A stretch of 63,059 nucleotides of DNA, taken from contig QPGO01000120.1 of assembly GCA_008632985.1 (NCBI GenBank), forward strand, positions 186,001 through 249,059, read 5' to 3'. The notes below the pieces were generated by a model. It worked only from the letters and a program-made list of their open reading frames with translations. It was not told where the DNA came from and searched no databases. The DNA is from Psammoneis japonica (taxonomy: Eukaryota). Position numbers and translations under genes: made by a program. This document shows positions 59,120 through 63,059 of this stretch, piece after piece (the first letter of the stretch is position 1; each line of letters starts with the position of its first letter).

Positions 59120-60170
59120 ATGCTGGGTGAGTTCAAAGTGATGATTGTGTCTGCATCTGTTGTGTGGCAAAAAGATTTTTCGAATTTTCGCCGAAATTGC
59201 ACGAAGTCCGCGCGGTCCGCGATCTTTTTTCTGCGCCGATTTGCCGCCACGTGTCACATCCACCAACAAGGCACCGGCTGTGTGACAAGGTGATGCGCCA
59301 GGCTTTGCTGCCCTTGTGCAGGATCAGTTGCATTTCTTCAACCCACAAGCATTGGTGGAGTGAGTGGCTGCAGTGTCCAAGCATGACACACACCCACATG
59401 GCTTCGTTTTGGTGGCGATGGTGCGCCACCCAGGAGCGCAGCTCTGGCGCCACCAGCAGCAAAAGAAACCAGCTTGACGCAGGGGGTCTGTTGCTGTGTG
59501 CCTTTCCTGCCACCCTGCTGCAATGGCAAGCCCACCTCAGCCATGTGACAGACTCACCTGTGCACTTGTGTGTGTGTCGGGGGGGGGGGGGGGGCAGAGC
59601 GCTGAGCCAACACGCGCGCTGTTTTGCCCCCTTTTTGTTCTTCCAGATGAGCTGGGGCAAGACTCCTTGCCATGCATGTGCCCTTTGCCTTCAAGAGGCT
59701 GTGTGGTGACAGCAGTTGCTCTGTTGGGAAGCAAGCACCGCTCTTTTGTGAGTGAGTTCATGGAGCCTCCTGGCATGTGAGCAGAGGGGTCAAAGGCGGA
59801 GATTCCTGAGACAATCAGTTTTTGATCTGTGGGGGGGCACAATTTGCATGTGACATGCCAGTGTGCATGAAAATGTCATGCATTCATTGCAGCTCTTTGA
59901 TTGGGGAGAGAGGAGAAAGCTTCTTCTTTGTGGTGCAAAGATCACTCTCGCTCTCTCTCTGCCTCTTGCGAGGAGACAGAGGCTGCTGCACATTTCCAGC
60001 AAAAGGGTGGACCGTGCCACTTTCCTTTTTTAACTCACAGGTCTCAAACAGGGAATCAATCGATCACCTGTTGTGTGCTGCAAGCTCAAAAAGAGGGGAT
60101 GGGCGGAATAGACACGCATGCATGTGGGGGTGCTGTGCAGGCGGGCGACGCACGCACCGCTTTGCTGTTC
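59120..60170. other. TpA-depleted island between divergent FKBP12 and MRS2 genes, origin unidentified
   Basis: Near absence of TA, a poly-G tract and Cys/His-rich spurious ORFs. Confidence 0.6.
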
Positions 60171-60298
60171 GTAACTTTCGTCTTTAGGTTGTCGTGCTTT
60201 CTTTATAATTTCTGCCTCGCGCGCGCGCGCGCTCGCCCGCCGCGTCGCGTTCTGCGTTTTATTTTTTGTTCTCATTCATTCTCAATTCGTTCTCAACC

Positions 60299-61882
60299 AT
60301 GGCGCTCCGACAAGGCGCCCGCCTAGGAACTAGGTTTCACAGTCGTCTATTAGCTACTTCCTTAGACTCATTGAGTCTCCCATACATAGATTCAAGAAGA
60401 ACGGGCGGGAATCGGAAGAGCTATCTGTTTTCCAGTAGCGACGGTGCCTTTCGTACTTTTGCCTCGTTCGCCTTTCCTCGAAACGGCGCGAAACGAAACT
60501 CCAAAGAAAAGAAAAATGAGGATCCTTACAAGAACCAAATGTCTTGGTTTAATGTTGCCAAAGTGACAGTCGACGGCGACGTCTCGTTCATGTGTTCTCG
60601 GGCTTCTGAACTTTTGCGTGAGGCTGGGTCGTCGATTTATGCACGTGACTTGTACTCGTTGGCATTGACGACTCGGCGACAGGATGGGTTTTCTTCTTCT
60701 CGTGGCTCGTTTCGTCGCCGCCCTTTGTTTGCAATATTACCTCGAGGAAGTGAAATTCTAATCAGTTTTGGATACATTCGCGCAGTCATTGGAACAGAAT
60801 CCGCCATGCTGTTTGATGCACAACACCACACGGTCAAGCAGTTTGTAACGGACATTGCGCAAACGGTCGTTTCAACGTACAAGGAAGATGATGTCTCGGC
60901 AGTGGGAGTGGATCTTTCAGATGATTTTTCAGAGGAAGAAAAGCCTCCCTTTGAGCTGGTCTTTATTGAAGAAGTTCTACGTGGGACCTGCGATGCGTAC
61001 AACCGTCGGATACATCTCTATCAACCGATTGTCGATAGCATGTTGAATCGAGTTTCGAACGAGGTGTTCTCCGATGCAGGAGTTCATCAACTTGTCCCAG
61101 TCAAAGATTCACTGCAAAAGTTTGAAATGCAAGTCAAGCAGGGGTTGGACTGTTTGAGAGATTTGCTAGAAAGTGACGAAGACATGCTCAAGCTGCTGCT
61201 CCAAGAACAACAGGTGGCAAAGGAGAGGGGAGAGACTGTCAGGCATGAACGCCATCAAGGAGTGGAGCTCATGTTGGAAGATTACCTAAGGCAACTCAGC
61301 AACATTCTGTTTGAAATCCAGTATCTTTTGCAGCGACTACAGAGTAAGCAGGAGTTTGTTTCGCTTGCTCTGGATGGATATCGGAATCGGCTCATTCGCA
61401 TGAATGCCTATCTGGGAATTTTCGGTCTTGGTATTGGCGTCGGCACAACCGTTGCGGGTTTCTTTGGAATGAACGTTATTTCAGGCTACGAACAGTCCAC
61501 TACCGCTTTTAACAGTGTTGTCATGGGCACGAGCGTTGTAGCTGTTGTCATCTTGATGGTTTGCTCTAGTTATATTAGTGGAACAGGAATGAAGCAGCGT
61601 GCTGCGGAGCGGCTTGACAAGCTTGACACGATTAGTTCTGCACTGAGTGACATGAGTGCTCTTGATTACGTCGTGAAAGAGATGATGGAACAACAGTCAC
61701 CTCTCACGAAGGAGGAATTTCGAGAGAAGCTTAAGGCGGTACGGTCTAGACCAGTGACGGACAAGGAGGTTGAACTGTTGTTTCATTCACTCGACGTCAG
61801 CGGGGATGGAGTCTTGTTCTCCGAAGACTTACAACCTTTCAAAAAGTTAATCAAGAGTCAGAAAGATGAGGCGGGATTTTGA
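60299..61882 (+). CDS. MRS2: MRS2/CorA-family Mg2+ transporter with mitochondrial-type presequence and C-terminal EF-hand-like motif
   Basis: PFELVFIEEVL, LLESDEDM, ELMLEDY, LDGYRNRLIRMN, AGFFGMN plus two TMs, and LDVSGDGVL. Confidence 0.92.
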   Translation: MALRQGARLGTRFHSRLLATSLDSLSLPYIDSRRTGGNRKSYLFSSSDGAFRTFASFAFPRNGAKRNSKEKKNEDPYKNQMSWFNVAKVTVDGDVSFMCSRASELLREAGSSIYARDLYSLALTTRRQDGFSSSRGSFRRRPLFAILPRGSEILISFGYIRAVIGTESAMLFDAQHHTVKQFVTDIAQTVVSTYKEDDVSAVGVDLSDDFSEEEKPPFELVFIEEVLRGTCDAYNRRIHLYQPIVDSMLNRVSNEVFSDAGVHQLVPVKDSLQKFEMQVKQGLDCLRDLLESDEDMLKLLLQEQQVAKERGETVRHERHQGVELMLEDYLRQLSNILFEIQYLLQRLQSKQEFVSLALDGYRNRLIRMNAYLGIFGLGIGVGTTVAGFFGMNVISGYEQSTTAFNSVVMGTSVVAVVILMVCSSYISGTGMKQRAAERLDKLDTISSALSDMSALDYVVKEMMEQQSPLTKEEFREKLKAVRSRPVTDKEVELLFHSLDVSGDGVLFSEDLQPFKKLIKSQKDEAGF

Positions 61883-63059
61883 TCTAGCTGCTGACCCTGT
61901 TTCGTCAAGCCAAGAAACTAATCCGTAACAAATTTGGGCGGAAATTGTTCTCATGCTATCTACCAACGAATACCGTACGGGGTGGAAACTTTCGAGTTCT
62001 GAATACATTGTTGATATTTCAAGCTGCTTCCGAACTTGATTCTGGGTGAAAGCTCCACAGACATTCAATGGGCATGATGAATATTTACAGTGCTCGGCGG
62101 AAAATTATAATATTGTTACAATTAGACGGCTTAACAGGTTTTCAACATAGTTTCAAGAATGCAGTGAAATGATCACTAACCCGTGGAAACGAACATTTGA
62201 ACTTTTGGAAAGGAACCTTCTCACAAGCTTCAACAGTTTGGCAAGCAGTGAAGTGGGGGGGGGGGGGGGGGGGGCATTCCTGCTTGCCCGCTGAGCTGCA
62301 CATCAGCCTGGGCTGACCAACGACTTGATCCTTATGATGGAGATGTTGAATTGCTGTTTGCCTCCTGCTTCTTAAGAAGTCATTGAAACATTGTGATAAG
62401 CAGATAACATAAACGAGATGGGGGTTGAGTCTTGGCATTCAGCATCACAACCCAAGCCTGTGCCCTTCCGCCGCCATGCCATGCCAGTCAAAGCTCGCGT
62501 GGATGCACAGCTCCGAGTGTCTTCCCAATGTGCTGGCTGGATGTCCCCAACAAGTAGAGAGCATCTATGAGTAGTTATGAGAGCTCAGTCAAACTCCTTC
62601 ACAAAACCACTAGTGACCAAATTATAAGCTACTTCCACCTAGACTGAATCTGCTGAATGCACCAAAACCAGAGGTTCACCCGCACACTTGCACTGGAGAC
62701 TGGTGCAAGTTTCAGGGTTACCCACTTTCACAACAATCATCCAAGCACTGCTGAACCAATCTATGGTTGTTACAACATCTATGCAACGCCTATGATCCTC
62801 AAAGCAACCGGCTTGAGAATCGAGTCGACGTGTGGCGCGAAAAGAATTTCAATCGGAATTCCGACCGACGGAAGTACAGACACATTGGAGAATTCGGGTC
62901 GGTGGACAGACGATCCACGACTAACACAACCATTCCACAGACGCCTGGTCAGGGGTGAGGCCACGTGAGCATGCTTTTGTGTTTTGCGCTCTTGGACTGT
63001 GGCTGTTGACGCTGTTGTTTCTATCCTGCCTTGTCGCCCTACTTGCAGCCATGATGACA

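Noticed and set aside
62140..62760. Copia RT/RNase H remnant
   Set aside because: Resemblance (TQPHLVYVICLSQ) is too weak to support a call.

Overview
Eukaryotic nuclear DNA, most likely from a pennate diatom, judged from short GT-AG introns, a signal-peptide PEPC, Tom40, FG-GAP-like propeller proteins and diatom-type copia and Penelope-like relics. Ordinary host genes (GEN1, Tpt1, EF-hand adenylate kinase, SDR, two FG-GAP-like proteins, a 2OG-oxygenase/F-box/actin-like fusion, Tom40, vWA/alpha-kinase, an Asn-synthetase-like protein, PEPC, FKBP12, MRS2) alternate with sharply bounded islands of transposon and pseudogene DNA. The main discovery is that these islands have lost almost all TpA dinucleotides, which were converted to TpG or CpA (A>G on either strand), alongside weaker CpG loss. 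This is the opposite direction to fungal RIP. Direction is shown inside the window by LTR pairs, target-site duplications, young versus old MITE copies and Tyr>Cys/His changes in conserved motifs. A 1-kb tandem duplication inside GEN1 is untouched, so the trigger looks like silenced chromatin rather than duplication itself. The islands contain a full-length Kolobok-type element (transposase + KolX, TIRs, TTAA), a Penelope-like retroelement with hammerhead-bearing terminal repeats tied to (GA)n tracts, a 446-bp TRIM, six GAC...GTC MITEs (five with 4-bp TSDs), and mutated MutY and helicase pseudogenes. All coordinates and counts are by eye, with no database searches.
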